Positions 1 to 6,782 of a DNA stretch of 64,000 bases are shown here, piece after piece (positions within the stretch are counted from its first letter, which is position 1; every line of letters begins with the position of its first letter). Made by a program: the position numbers and the translations under genes. A model generated the notes under the pieces. It saw only the letters and a program-made list of their open reading frames with translations, did no database searches and was not told the origin of the DNA. Origin of the DNA: a virus; IMG/VR virus record IMGVR_UViG_3300045988_152944. One strand, written 5' to 3'.

Positions 1-21
1 CGTTAAGAAAAATTCATCCAT
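1..21 (-). CDS. start of an unidentified gene truncated by the left window edge
   Basis: ATG at 19-21 (minus strand) is preceded by AAGGAG 8 nt upstream and lies downstream of the promoter at 58-98. Only 7 codons (MDEFFLT) are visible. Confidence 0.3.
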
Positions 22-57
22 AGTTGTCGCTCCTTATCGGTTTTTAATTACATATTG

Positions 58-98
58 AGTATAACAAAAAAAAAGAAACCTGTCAACATTATATGACA
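58..98 (-). promoter_or_regulatory. sigma70-type promoter (TTGACA-17-TATACT) with conserved upstream TGTCA half-site
   Basis: Minus strand reads TGTCATATAATGTTGACAGGTTTCTTTTTTTTTGTTATACT. The -35 box is at 81-86 and the -10 box at 58-63, with an exact 17-nt spacer. Confidence 0.75.
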
Positions 99-104
99 AG
101 TTTC
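66..104 (-). terminator. intrinsic terminator after nrdG, sharing sequence with the promoter at 58-98
   Basis: The minus-strand hairpin GAAACTTGTCA / TGACAGGTTTC forms an 11-bp stem (arms 94-104 and 75-85) and is followed by T9 (66-74). It starts 10 nt after the nrdG stop codon. Confidence 0.7.
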
Positions 105-114
105 TTTGTAGTTT

Positions 115-612
115 CTACAAAAGTTTTGCGTATTGATTATCACTCACCAGCGTGACTCCCAAGACATCGTCATATCTCGAAGGACGATTGGGAATGTACC
201 GTCCAAATTTAATAATAACGTTTGTGTACTGTTGAAGTTGATAATAATCGTGACTAAACCGCGTGCTACGCACTTCTTCCTCTGTATACCCTGTGTAGAT
301 TACGACATCGGCGTTGCTGTTGTAGGCATTCCGCAGTAGGTCGATAAATTCGATGATTTCAGTAATTTGAAGGAAGGGTTCAAGACCACCAAAAACTACA
401 GCATCGGTAAACGGATTTGCAAGAAAACGAAAGATGATGTCATCAGTTGGAATTGATTTAATGGGGCATTGTCCCCACTCCGCGTTTTGACACGTGGAGA
501 TAGGGAGATTATTTTCAGTGCAACATTTGAAATCACACATACACGCCCCGATGAACATGGCGGGCTTCTTATAGTTGACGAAATCTTCGTCTTTGATAAA
601 CTTAATTTTCAT
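115..612 (-). CDS. nrdG: anaerobic ribonucleotide reductase activating protein (radical SAM, NrdG-like)
   Basis: The 165-aa product has an N-terminal Cys cluster (GACMCDFKCC) and a GGLEPF (GGEP-like) motif. Size and position match NrdG, and it overlaps the 3' end of nrdD by 11 nt. Confidence 0.8.
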   Translation of the reverse strand: MKIKFIKDEDFVNYKKPAMFIGACMCDFKCCTENNLPISTCQNAEWGQCPIKSIPTDDIIFRFLANPFTDAVVFGGLEPFLQITEIIEFIDLLRNAYNSNADVVIYTGYTEEEVRSTRFSHDYYQLQQYTNVIIKFGRYIPNRPSRYDDVLGVTLVSDNQYAKLL

Positions 613-3508
613 TCGAATTCACCGAAAACCAGTCGCGTTTTGCAAATTCCGCCTTGCGTTCTTTGGAATATGTTTTTTCCGGCGTCAGGAATCCGACAAT
701 GCGTTGGTAGGTTGTTTTGACGGGTTCTCCACAGATTGGGCAGATGTCGCCATAGAACCCGTGGTTATTTTTACACGCGCTGATGCGGGTGCAGAAGGCG
801 AAATACGGGACTCCAAAGTCGGCCACAGTGTTGAAAAGTTTCCACGCTGTGTCGAAGTCTGAGAGGGGCGCGTCGATATTAATATGCGCAATTGAACCAC
901 CACTGCAAGCCGCGTCGAGAGTTGAGCTCGCTATCATTTTATTATGGAGCGAAGTGTGCGTTGCCAGCGGAATCCATTGGTTACCGTAAAGAGGAAGATC
1001 ATACTCACCATGTTTGTACAAGAGTTTGTCTTTTTCTTGTAAAATAGTCGCGCAGCGTTCAGCGGGCACTTGTTCAATATTGATTTGATAATCTACCTTT
1101 TCTGTTTGGATAAACAGGTCTTTTGCGTCATGAATTGCAGCGAGGATTTCGGTGGCAAATTCAAGACCACTTGGCGTGTAATTCGCGTTACCAAGGGTGT
1201 CGACATATGTGCCGTTTAAGTGCTTTACTGCCTCCCATAAACCCGTGATTCCGATTGTGTTATATTGGGACTTAAGGTGAATGAGATCGAGTGTGTAATT
1301 GGGGAGCAATCCTTTTTCAATATTGCGAGCAATGATTGAACGCACACGGTCAAGCACTCGTACACACAGATAAACCTTCGATTTGAGCAAGTCAAGATAA
1401 TAGGCTTTAATTTGTGCTTTGTTGGTGATGTGGTTTTTCTCGCTCCATACTTTTGTAGCATATGCGATGCGAGCTAAGTTGATTGTGTTAACTTTGACAG
1501 AGCCGACCTCGAGGGCGGTGCCGCCAATGGAATTAAAATACCCGAGATTTTTAACATCACTCACAAGGCGACAACAGTTTGAAAGACTGGTAACATCTTT
1601 ACTTATAAAGAAGTTGCTGTCGGCCCATTTCATATTATGTTTGCAACACCATTTGGCAAAATCTTCATCAACGAATTTGCCGTCGATACGAAGAAGAGCA
1701 TAGGTGAGCACCGGGAACGTCATCATATTGATTGAACGAATTTCACTAACCTTTTCCATAAAGGCTTTTTGATATTCAATGAGTTCGTCGATGTAGTCAA
1801 TCACACACGTTCCGTCAGGATACTCTACGCCGCCGAACAGCGCCATAAGGTATTCACGGTCAAAGATGGAAAAGTTTGTAAATGCACTTTGTGTAACGCG
1901 CAAATACGGCTGATTTAGTTTATAAATAATACGCTGGAATTCTTGGTCGCGGTAATATTCGGGAGAATGGAGATAGTATTTGTTCTCACAATCTTTCTTC
2001 CAGAAATAAAAACTATAAATTAAGAAGTTGGGAAGACCCACAGCGCCGGAAGTTCTATTTGCGCACCAGCTCACCATTTCCCCGACGAAGTCTGTGTAAG
2101 TTGTTAGATGTTGGGGTGGCTGTGCGTTGAAATTGTTAACAAAGAATAATCCTCTATTTACGAGTGGAGTTAGATCATAAGCGAAACAGTTGTGAGTTAA
2201 AACATTCCCTTCAAGTGTAAATGAATGGGTTTTTTTCGCAACTGCGCAATATACATCGTCTATGATACCTGTGTCTTCTACCGATTTTACAATCCAGGCA
2301 CGATGGTGTCGCCCCTTATTTACCGTTGCGAGCCACCGTTCTCTGTGTGTTGGACGAATAAAGAAATTTTCTCTTAGATATTCGCTGGATATTGTTAAAA
2401 CATAAACCCTTCCCATTTCATGTGTGAGATTGCTCACTCTGTCTTGATAACGAATTTTATTTACTGGCATTCCCAACACGCATAAGATATTTTGCGCACA
2501 CTCGAGGTATTCCTTATTAGTAGAACTGAGAGTACATCTCCCCTTTGTGTCGACACATCCATCAGCGGCAAAATAACCCGCAAGCCAGCCATATAAATAA
2601 CCCACCGACTCAGAGAGGTCTGGTAATTTGGTGAAAGCGTTGGGGACGCCCCTGGTTGTTATTTCATACTCAGGGCCTCTTACCTTTGCAGGAGTGAAAT
2701 ACGGAAGTAATGCAATTTTGTCTCCACAAAAGTTAACCCTACGCTGTGGGCCTTTGTCGCCGTCACCAATAAAAAACCCATGTGCCACACCAAAAGGGGA
2801 GGGCTCTACGGCAGCCCATGTTTTGGTTGTATTAAAAGGAATTTTCATACCAGGGGTTAACCGATCGGTTTCAACTTCGGTAGCCATATTACGTTTGTTA
2901 ATAGTAAACCATTTGTGGTTACCAGTTACATAAAACACTTGTTCTGTGTCGTATCTTGTAAGTGTAAGTTTTTTTAGTTCTTGTTTACCAAACCATTGAA
3001 CGGTAGCCTCTTCCCATCCATGGTTTTTATTGAGCACAGATACCGTCGAACCATTTAACTCATCCAACCGACGTAACCCCTGTTTTGTCATGATTCTTGT
3101 GTCACCACTAAAACAATAGGAACGGAACGTGGCCGAACAAAAATCGTGCAAATAAAAACCTCCGTTCCACTCTTCTTCTGCCCATTTTTTGGCTTCTTTA
3201 AGACCGTATTTCTTTTTCATTTCATAAAAAATCTTATGAAAGGCCAATAATTTAGAATGTGGCTTTGACATTTCGTTTTCGAGCGTCGTAATATCTTTAT
3301 GGTCTATATTGGCGTTGCTGTCAATAGAAGCATCGGCAACTGAGGTAGACTTCACAAACTGATCGATGAACTCTGTATAATTAATTTGTTTGTCAGCTAA
3401 GCCATTGAGGTAACACATTTGGTCACCGTATTTTCTATTGAGGTATTTCAATGTAGTGACAAAATCTTTGTCGAGATTGATATTAATATGTAGCTTTCGT
3501 TTTGTCAT
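602..3508 (-). CDS. nrdD: anaerobic (class III) ribonucleoside-triphosphate reductase NrdD, interrupted by an intein
   Basis: The ORF encodes 968 aa. The C-terminus carries a Zn ribbon (CKNNHGFYGDICPICG) and a glycyl-radical motif (YQRIVGFLTP). The extein is about 659 aa once residues 132-440 are removed. Confidence 0.9.
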   Translation of the reverse strand: MTKRKLHININLDKDFVTTLKYLNRKYGDQMCYLNGLADKQINYTEFIDQFVKSTSVADASIDSNANIDHKDITTLENEMSKPHSKLLAFHKIFYEMKKKYGLKEAKKWAEEEWNGGFYLHDFCSATFRSYCFSGDTRIMTKQGLRRLDELNGSTVSVLNKNHGWEEATVQWFGKQELKKLTLTRYDTEQVFYVTGNHKWFTINKRNMATEVETDRLTPGMKIPFNTTKTWAAVEPSPFGVAHGFFIGDGDKGPQRRVNFCGDKIALLPYFTPAKVRGPEYEITTRGVPNAFTKLPDLSESVGYLYGWLAGYFAADGCVDTKGRCTLSSTNKEYLECAQNILCVLGMPVNKIRYQDRVSNLTHEMGRVYVLTISSEYLRENFFIRPTHRERWLATVNKGRHHRAWIVKSVEDTGIIDDVYCAVAKKTHSFTLEGNVLTHNCFAYDLTPLVNRGLFFVNNFNAQPPQHLTTYTDFVGEMVSWCANRTSGAVGLPNFLIYSFYFWKKDCENKYYLHSPEYYRDQEFQRIIYKLNQPYLRVTQSAFTNFSIFDREYLMALFGGVEYPDGTCVIDYIDELIEYQKAFMEKVSEIRSINMMTFPVLTYALLRIDGKFVDEDFAKWCCKHNMKWADSNFFISKDVTSLSNCCRLVSDVKNLGYFNSIGGTALEVGSVKVNTINLARIAYATKVWSEKNHITNKAQIKAYYLDLLKSKVYLCVRVLDRVRSIIARNIEKGLLPNYTLDLIHLKSQYNTIGITGLWEAVKHLNGTYVDTLGNANYTPSGLEFATEILAAIHDAKDLFIQTEKVDYQINIEQVPAERCATILQEKDKLLYKHGEYDLPLYGNQWIPLATHTSLHNKMIASSTLDAACSGGSIAHINIDAPLSDFDTAWKLFNTVADFGVPYFAFCTRISACKNNHGFYGDICPICGEPVKTTYQRIVGFLTPEKTYSKERKAEFAKRDWFSVNSNEN
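2189..3115 (-). mobile_element. intein (309 aa) with a double-motif LAGLIDADG homing endonuclease, inside NrdD
   Basis: Block A is CFSGDTRI (Cys1 codon at 3113-3115) and block B is VTGNHKW. Two LAGLIDADG motifs are present (HGFFIGDGD and LAGYFAADGCV). The C-terminal VLTHN is followed by the +1 Cys (CFAYDL). Confidence 0.85.
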
Positions 3509-3537
3509 AGTATACTCCCATATATATTTTAATTAGC

Positions 3538-3570
3538 AAAAAAGGGGTTGCCCTTTTATAAGGGTCAACC
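3538..3570 (-). terminator. hairpin plus T-run between the glutaredoxin-like gene and nrdD (terminator or attenuator)
   Basis: Minus strand reads GGTTGaCCCTT-ATAA-AAGGGCAACC followed by CCTTTTTT. The stop codon of the upstream gene lies inside the stem. Confidence 0.5.
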
Positions 3571-3765
3571 TCTGGTTTTCAGCCATTTGATGGCTTCATT
3601 GAAATCATAAGATGTTCCGTCGACAACCAAGTGAGGTGCTGAATTATATTTCAATGCTTTCATTTGTTCGATGTCGTCAACTACTGTAAAATCTACACCC
3701 GCCTGGGTAAGTTTTGTCTCAAGCATTTTACACTTGGGACAGTGTGTGCTGTAAAGAATTGTCAT
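3565..3765 (-). CDS. small glutaredoxin/NrdH-like redoxin
   Basis: The 66-aa product has a CPKC active-site motif at residues 9-12 within a thioredoxin-fold-sized protein. AAGGAG RBS is present, and the gene sits directly upstream of nrdD. Confidence 0.75.
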   Translation of the reverse strand: MTILYSTHCPKCKMLETKLTQAGVDFTVVDDIEQMKALKYNSAPHLVVDGTSYDFNEAIKWLKTRG

Positions 3766-3790
3766 AATAAATTCTCCTTAAAAATTATTT

Positions 3791-3867
3791 TGGTCGGGGT
3801 GACACGATTCGAACGTGCGACCTTATGGTCCCAGGCCATACGCGCTCCCAGCTGCGCTACACCCCGA
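3791..3867 (-). tRNA. tRNA-Pro(UGG): tRNA-Pro (anticodon UGG), CCA encoded
   Basis: Manual fold: TCGGGGT acceptor, GTTCGAATC T-loop, anticodon arm TATGG-CCTGGGA-CCATA. Position 33 reads C rather than the near-universal U. Confidence 0.8.
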
Positions 3868-3886
3868 AGAAAAAGGGGCCGCCCCT
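3868..3886 (-). terminator. short GC hairpin plus T5 immediately upstream of tRNA-Pro (weak terminator or processing signal)
   Basis: Minus strand reads AGGGG-CGG-CCCCT followed by TTTTT. The stem is only 5 bp. Confidence 0.3.
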
Positions 3887-3894
3887 ACTTCTGA

Positions 3895-4089
3895 CATCCC
3901 GGATTTTGGGAGCATTTTCTGGGTAGCCCCGTTCAAAAATTTTGTAGTAGAACCGTTTCCAAACTACTACCATACTCTTGTACTTTGAGTATCTTGTTAC
4001 ACTTAACTTACCGCGAATTAGTTAGTAACCCTTGTCCTCTACGACACACACGATTTTTCTCAGTCGGGCGACACCTTGTCGTGTCGCCG
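3895..4089 (-). ncRNA. unclassified structured spacer between tRNA-Leu and tRNA-Pro
   Basis: No ORF and no tRNA fold. Three clean hairpins are present: GTAGTAG/CTACTAC (3944-3970), ATACTC/GAGTAT (3972-3992) and GGCGACAC/GTGTCGCC (4067-4088). Confidence 0.25.
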
Positions 4090-4173
4090 TGGTGCGACCA
4101 GTGAGACTCGAACTCACACATCTGTGATACCAGCTCCTAAGGCTGGCGCGTCTGCCAATTCCGCCACGGTCAC
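4090..4173 (-). tRNA. tRNA-Leu(UAG): tRNA-Leu (anticodon UAG), class II, CCA encoded
   Basis: Manual fold: GTGACCG acceptor, GGCGGAATTGGCAGACGC D arm, anticodon arm CCAGC-CTTAGGA-GCTGG, long variable arm, GTGAG-TTCGAGT-CTCAC T arm. Confidence 0.85.
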
Positions 4174-4179
4174 ATATTG

Positions 4180-4344
4180 TTATTGTTTGCGTTTCCCAAA
4201 CCACATCTCTGCTGCATTTTCAGGCAGCGGAGATGGGGTGGCTGGTGTAATATCTTCGGTATACACCATACTTGATTGTAGTGCTTCTTTAATCTCTTTG
4301 ATTTTCTTAGGGTCTGTAACAATTACAGGCTTATCGTCAATCAT
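4180..4344 (-). CDS. small hypothetical protein (54 aa) embedded in the tRNA cluster
   Basis: ATG at 4344 is preceded by CAGGAGG with a 5-nt spacer. The longer ORF-track model (to 4443) runs through a tRNA and is not credible. Confidence 0.5.
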   Translation of the reverse strand: MIDDKPVIVTDPKKIKEIKEALQSSMVYTEDITPATPSPLPENAAEMWFGKRKQ

Positions 4345-4364
4345 ACGAACCTCCTGAGTTATAG

Positions 4365-4449
4365 TGGCTACCGAGGAGGGACTTGAACCCCCAAGACTTT
4401 CGTCGCCAGAATCAAAATCTGGTGCGTCTACCAATTTCGCCACTCGGCA
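4365..4449 (-). tRNA. class II (Leu-like body, long variable arm) tRNA carrying a UUG (Gln) anticodon
   Basis: Manual fold: TGCCGAG-TG-GCG-AAATTGGTAGA-CGC-A-CCAGA-TTTTGAT-TCTGG-CGACGAAAGTCTT-GGGGG-TTCAAGT-CCCTC-CTCGGTA-G-CCA. All stems pair. The isotype is ambiguous. Confidence 0.75.
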
Positions 4450-4470
4450 TTATCTAAAATATTATTCTAT

Positions 4471-4545
4471 TGGCAGGCCCTCTAAGATTCGAACTCAGAT
4501 CTTACGGTTTTGGAGACCGATATTTTACCATTAAACTAAGAACCT
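4471..4545 (-). tRNA. tRNA-Trp(CCA): tRNA-Trp (anticodon CCA), CCA encoded
   Basis: Manual fold: AGGTTCT acceptor, anticodon loop CTCCAAA, CTGAG-TTCGAAT-CTTAG T arm. There is one T:T mismatch at pair 27-43. Confidence 0.8.
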
Positions 4546-4548
4546 ACG

Positions 4549-4625
4549 TTGCCCAGATGACGGATTTGGGACCGCTCTGTCTACTCTTGGAATAGCCGTG
4601 CTCCGAATTACACTACCACTGGGCA
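4549..4625 (-). pseudogene. degenerate tRNA-like element (possible tRNA pseudogene; anticodon-like CAA)
   Basis: A 7-bp acceptor-like stem (TGCCCAG/CTGGGCA) encloses 62 nt. The anticodon-like arm is CTAT-TCCAAGA-GTAG. There is no canonical T loop (TCCCAAAT), the D arm is poor and no CCA is encoded. Confidence 0.3.
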
Positions 4626-4989
4626 TGAATTAAAGGCTGGATCTTATTCCATTTAACTACTGCTTAACTCCGCCGAGTCTGGTGTTGGACATATCTAGAA
4701 TACCAACGTCGTAGCACCTTATATTTTAAGGGAATAGGCCACTCACCCTCATTGCGCCTCTTGCCGTACCTCGCGCTTTGGACGAATCTTTGTTCGACAG
4801 TCAGCCTCGTTTGCCCAATTAACAATGTTAGAAACAAGACAATCTAACGTAAATATCGGCTTTACCCGATTTGTGTGGTGTAGGGTAAAATCAACCACGC
4901 CCTCCAACATTTACCCAAGCAGGAGTTTTTACAGCACTTTCACTGGTGTCAGCATATCCTAGATTTTAGTGGCGGTATGCAACCACAAG
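4626..4989 (-). ncRNA. unclassified ~365-nt non-coding, hairpin-rich region inside the tRNA cluster
   Basis: No ORF of 60 aa or more and no tRNA fold. Mutually exclusive pairings are possible: TTTACCC at 4861-4867 and 4910-4916 against GGGTAAA at 4883-4889. Confidence 0.3.
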
Positions 4990-5064
4990 TGGCAGGCGTA
5001 AATAGATTTGAACTATTACTAGCAGAGTCAAAGTCTGCTGTGCTGACCATTACACTATACGCCA
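4990..5064 (-). tRNA. tRNA-Gln(UUG): tRNA-Gln (anticodon UUG), class I, CCA encoded
   Basis: Manual fold: TGGCGTA acceptor with unpaired U1:U72 and G73, anticodon arm GCAGA-CTTTGAC-TCTGC, AATAG-TTCAAAT-CTATT T arm. Confidence 0.85.
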
Positions 5065-5086
5065 TTGATATATAACACAAAGAGCC

Positions 5087-6022
5087 CTACTTGTAATTAA
5101 CAACAACCAACTCTTTGATTTGCCCACGTGCATCGCCCTTACTGTTGATGTTACGACGAGCTAAAACCTCATGAACGTACAGTCCATCTGTGCTTTCATA
5201 TTTATCACGAAGAGAAGTGTCATTTTCGTCAGCCGAATTCGACAACATCGTCGCTGCACCGGTTTTACCACTTTTGATAAAAAACTCACACAGGCGGTTT
5301 TGTTCTTCGTCACCGAACCCATCTTTGTCGTAAGCGGTAAAAGAGTTTTTACCTTTGAGAGGACGGTAAGGGGGATCGAAGTAGACAAAAGAGCCTTTCT
5401 CGATGTCCCACTCTACTTCAGTGAAATCACCACGGTAAATATCCACCTTTTGAAGAATGTCCGCGCATCTCTTGAGGTTGTCAGCATCGCAAATCGTTGC
5501 TGTTTCATATTGACCAAACGGAACATTGAATTCACCCTTACTGTTGACTCTATACAAACCATTAAAACAGGTTTTGTTTAGAAAAATAAACTCAGCCGCT
5601 TTTTGGTAACAATTTGTATGGGAGAGCTCGGTGGTGTTGAACGATTGCCTTGTCAACAGGTAAACCCCTTTCTTACCATCCAAGGTCGCCTGTTCGTCGT
5701 ACTTCGTTTGAAGCGTACGTAATTCATCTATCAACCTTTGATGATTTCTCTTAAGGCACTGATACACATTAATCAGTTCAGCATTACGGTCGCAAATAAC
5801 GCCGCGACGGAACGGATAACGTTGCATCATATAAAAAAGCATTGCCCCACTGCCAACAAGTGGCTCCACATATGTTGTGTATTCCCCTGACTTCACTCTA
5901 GTGTAGAAGTCTTCGCCTGATTTAGACACCGGAAGAAGTTTATCCAATTGAGGAATGAGTTGGGTTTTACCACCTGCCCACTTCACAAAGGGGCGAGCAA
6001 AAAGTTTTTTCTGTTTAGCCAT
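5087..6022 (-). CDS. dam: DNA adenine methyltransferase (Dam-like, D12 class N6-A MTase)
   Basis: The 311-aa product has an N-terminal FVKWAGGK SAM-binding motif and a catalytic DPPY motif (YFDPPYRP). Confidence 0.9.
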   Translation of the reverse strand: MAKQKKLFARPFVKWAGGKTQLIPQLDKLLPVSKSGEDFYTRVKSGEYTTYVEPLVGSGAMLFYMMQRYPFRRGVICDRNAELINVYQCLKRNHQRLIDELRTLQTKYDEQATLDGKKGVYLLTRQSFNTTELSHTNCYQKAAEFIFLNKTCFNGLYRVNSKGEFNVPFGQYETATICDADNLKRCADILQKVDIYRGDFTEVEWDIEKGSFVYFDPPYRPLKGKNSFTAYDKDGFGDEEQNRLCEFFIKSGKTGAATMLSNSADENDTSLRDKYESTDGLYVHEVLARRNINSKGDARGQIKELVVVNYK

Positions 6023-6051
6023 AAATATGCTCCAAGTTGTGTTATGTCAAA

Positions 6052-6092
6052 ATTTTACTGCTTTATATGGATTTTGTCAACTTCTAGTGACA
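6052..6092 (-). promoter_or_regulatory. sigma70-type promoter (TTGACA-17-TAAAAT) upstream of dam
   Basis: Minus strand reads TGTCACTAGAAGTTGACAAAATCCATATAAAGCAGTAAAAT. Confidence 0.7.
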
Positions 6093-6100
6093 AAAAAGTG

Positions 6101-6456
6101 CAAATAAAATCACAGTTTTATTTGCCGTATTTTTGGGGATTTTTTGTAATATCAGAGGAAGGATTGGCGACTCACACAAACAAAAAAGAAAATGGGTGAT
6201 TTTTACGTTGTCCGCCAACGCCAGGAGAACCCTAGAAAAGAGTTCGAGTTTTTCCGTTGCTCGTCAACCTTCGGTGCATTCGTCCGATAACGCTTCGGAT
6301 TATTCTAGTGTCACAACACTCGTGTTGTCTGCCAAATCCTTCTCTGATATTGGTGGAACATCTGGGTGCTGCCCCCAGGTCCCGTACAGTTCACTTCGGA
6401 TTTAAGTACGGTCGAAACTTTTCTATGTCCCACGTGCGGTATTATACCGCAAGTTG
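6101..6456 (-). ncRNA. unclassified ~355-nt non-coding, hairpin-rich region
   Basis: No credible ORF. Hairpins lie at 6436-6450 (GCGGTAT/ATACCGC), 6355-6383 (GGAAC..CTGGG..CCCAG..GTCCC) and 6313-6328 (ACAACAC/GTGTTGT). Confidence 0.3.
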
Positions 6457-6780
6457 TTATTTGTCTAGGAAGACAACATTGGCGGGCTGAGGAATTTCTT
6501 CATCGTCGCCCTCTTCTTCTGGTTCCCTAGGATCCTCTTCGGGTTCTACATCATATTCTTGGACGTATTCTTTGCTAGGGTCTACCCACACAAGATATGG
6601 GCAACCGTATTCGCGGTCTGCGTAATCGTACTCTACGCTAACATACATTCCGTCGCTCCAGATTTTAATATCTTGGTCTTGTGCCAGGAGTATTCTAATG
6701 AAGTCGTTAAAGTCTTTGCTTGCTTGACCACCCTTTAAAATGTCATCGAGTTTAAAGTTCAAATACTTTTCTGCTTGCAT
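6457..6780 (-). CDS. hypothetical acidic protein (107 aa)
   Basis: An ORF with a highly acidic C-terminal tail, on the same strand as and adjacent to its neighbours. Confidence 0.6.
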   Translation of the reverse strand: MQAEKYLNFKLDDILKGGQASKDFNDFIRILLAQDQDIKIWSDGMYVSVEYDYADREYGCPYLVWVDPSKEYVQEYDVEPEEDPREPEEEGDDEEIPQPANVVFLDK

Positions 6781-6782
6781 AA

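Noticed and set aside
3527-3570. A promoter using the TTGACC inside the hairpin between the glutaredoxin-like gene and nrdD
   Set aside because: No -10-like hexamer lies 16-18 nt downstream. The element fits a hairpin plus T6 terminator or attenuator better.
4345-4443. N-terminal 33 codons of ORF 4180-4443 (MAKLVDAPDFDSGDES...)
   Set aside because: This stretch is the chimeric class II tRNA read as protein. The real start is the ATG at 4344, which has its own strong RBS.
4546-4989. tmRNA, or a tRNA gene interrupted by a group I intron, in the long tRNA-cluster gap
   Set aside because: The acceptor-like stem closes locally (76 nt) rather than across the region. There is no canonical T arm, tag ORF or resume codon, and no group I core motifs or tRNA 5' half upstream.
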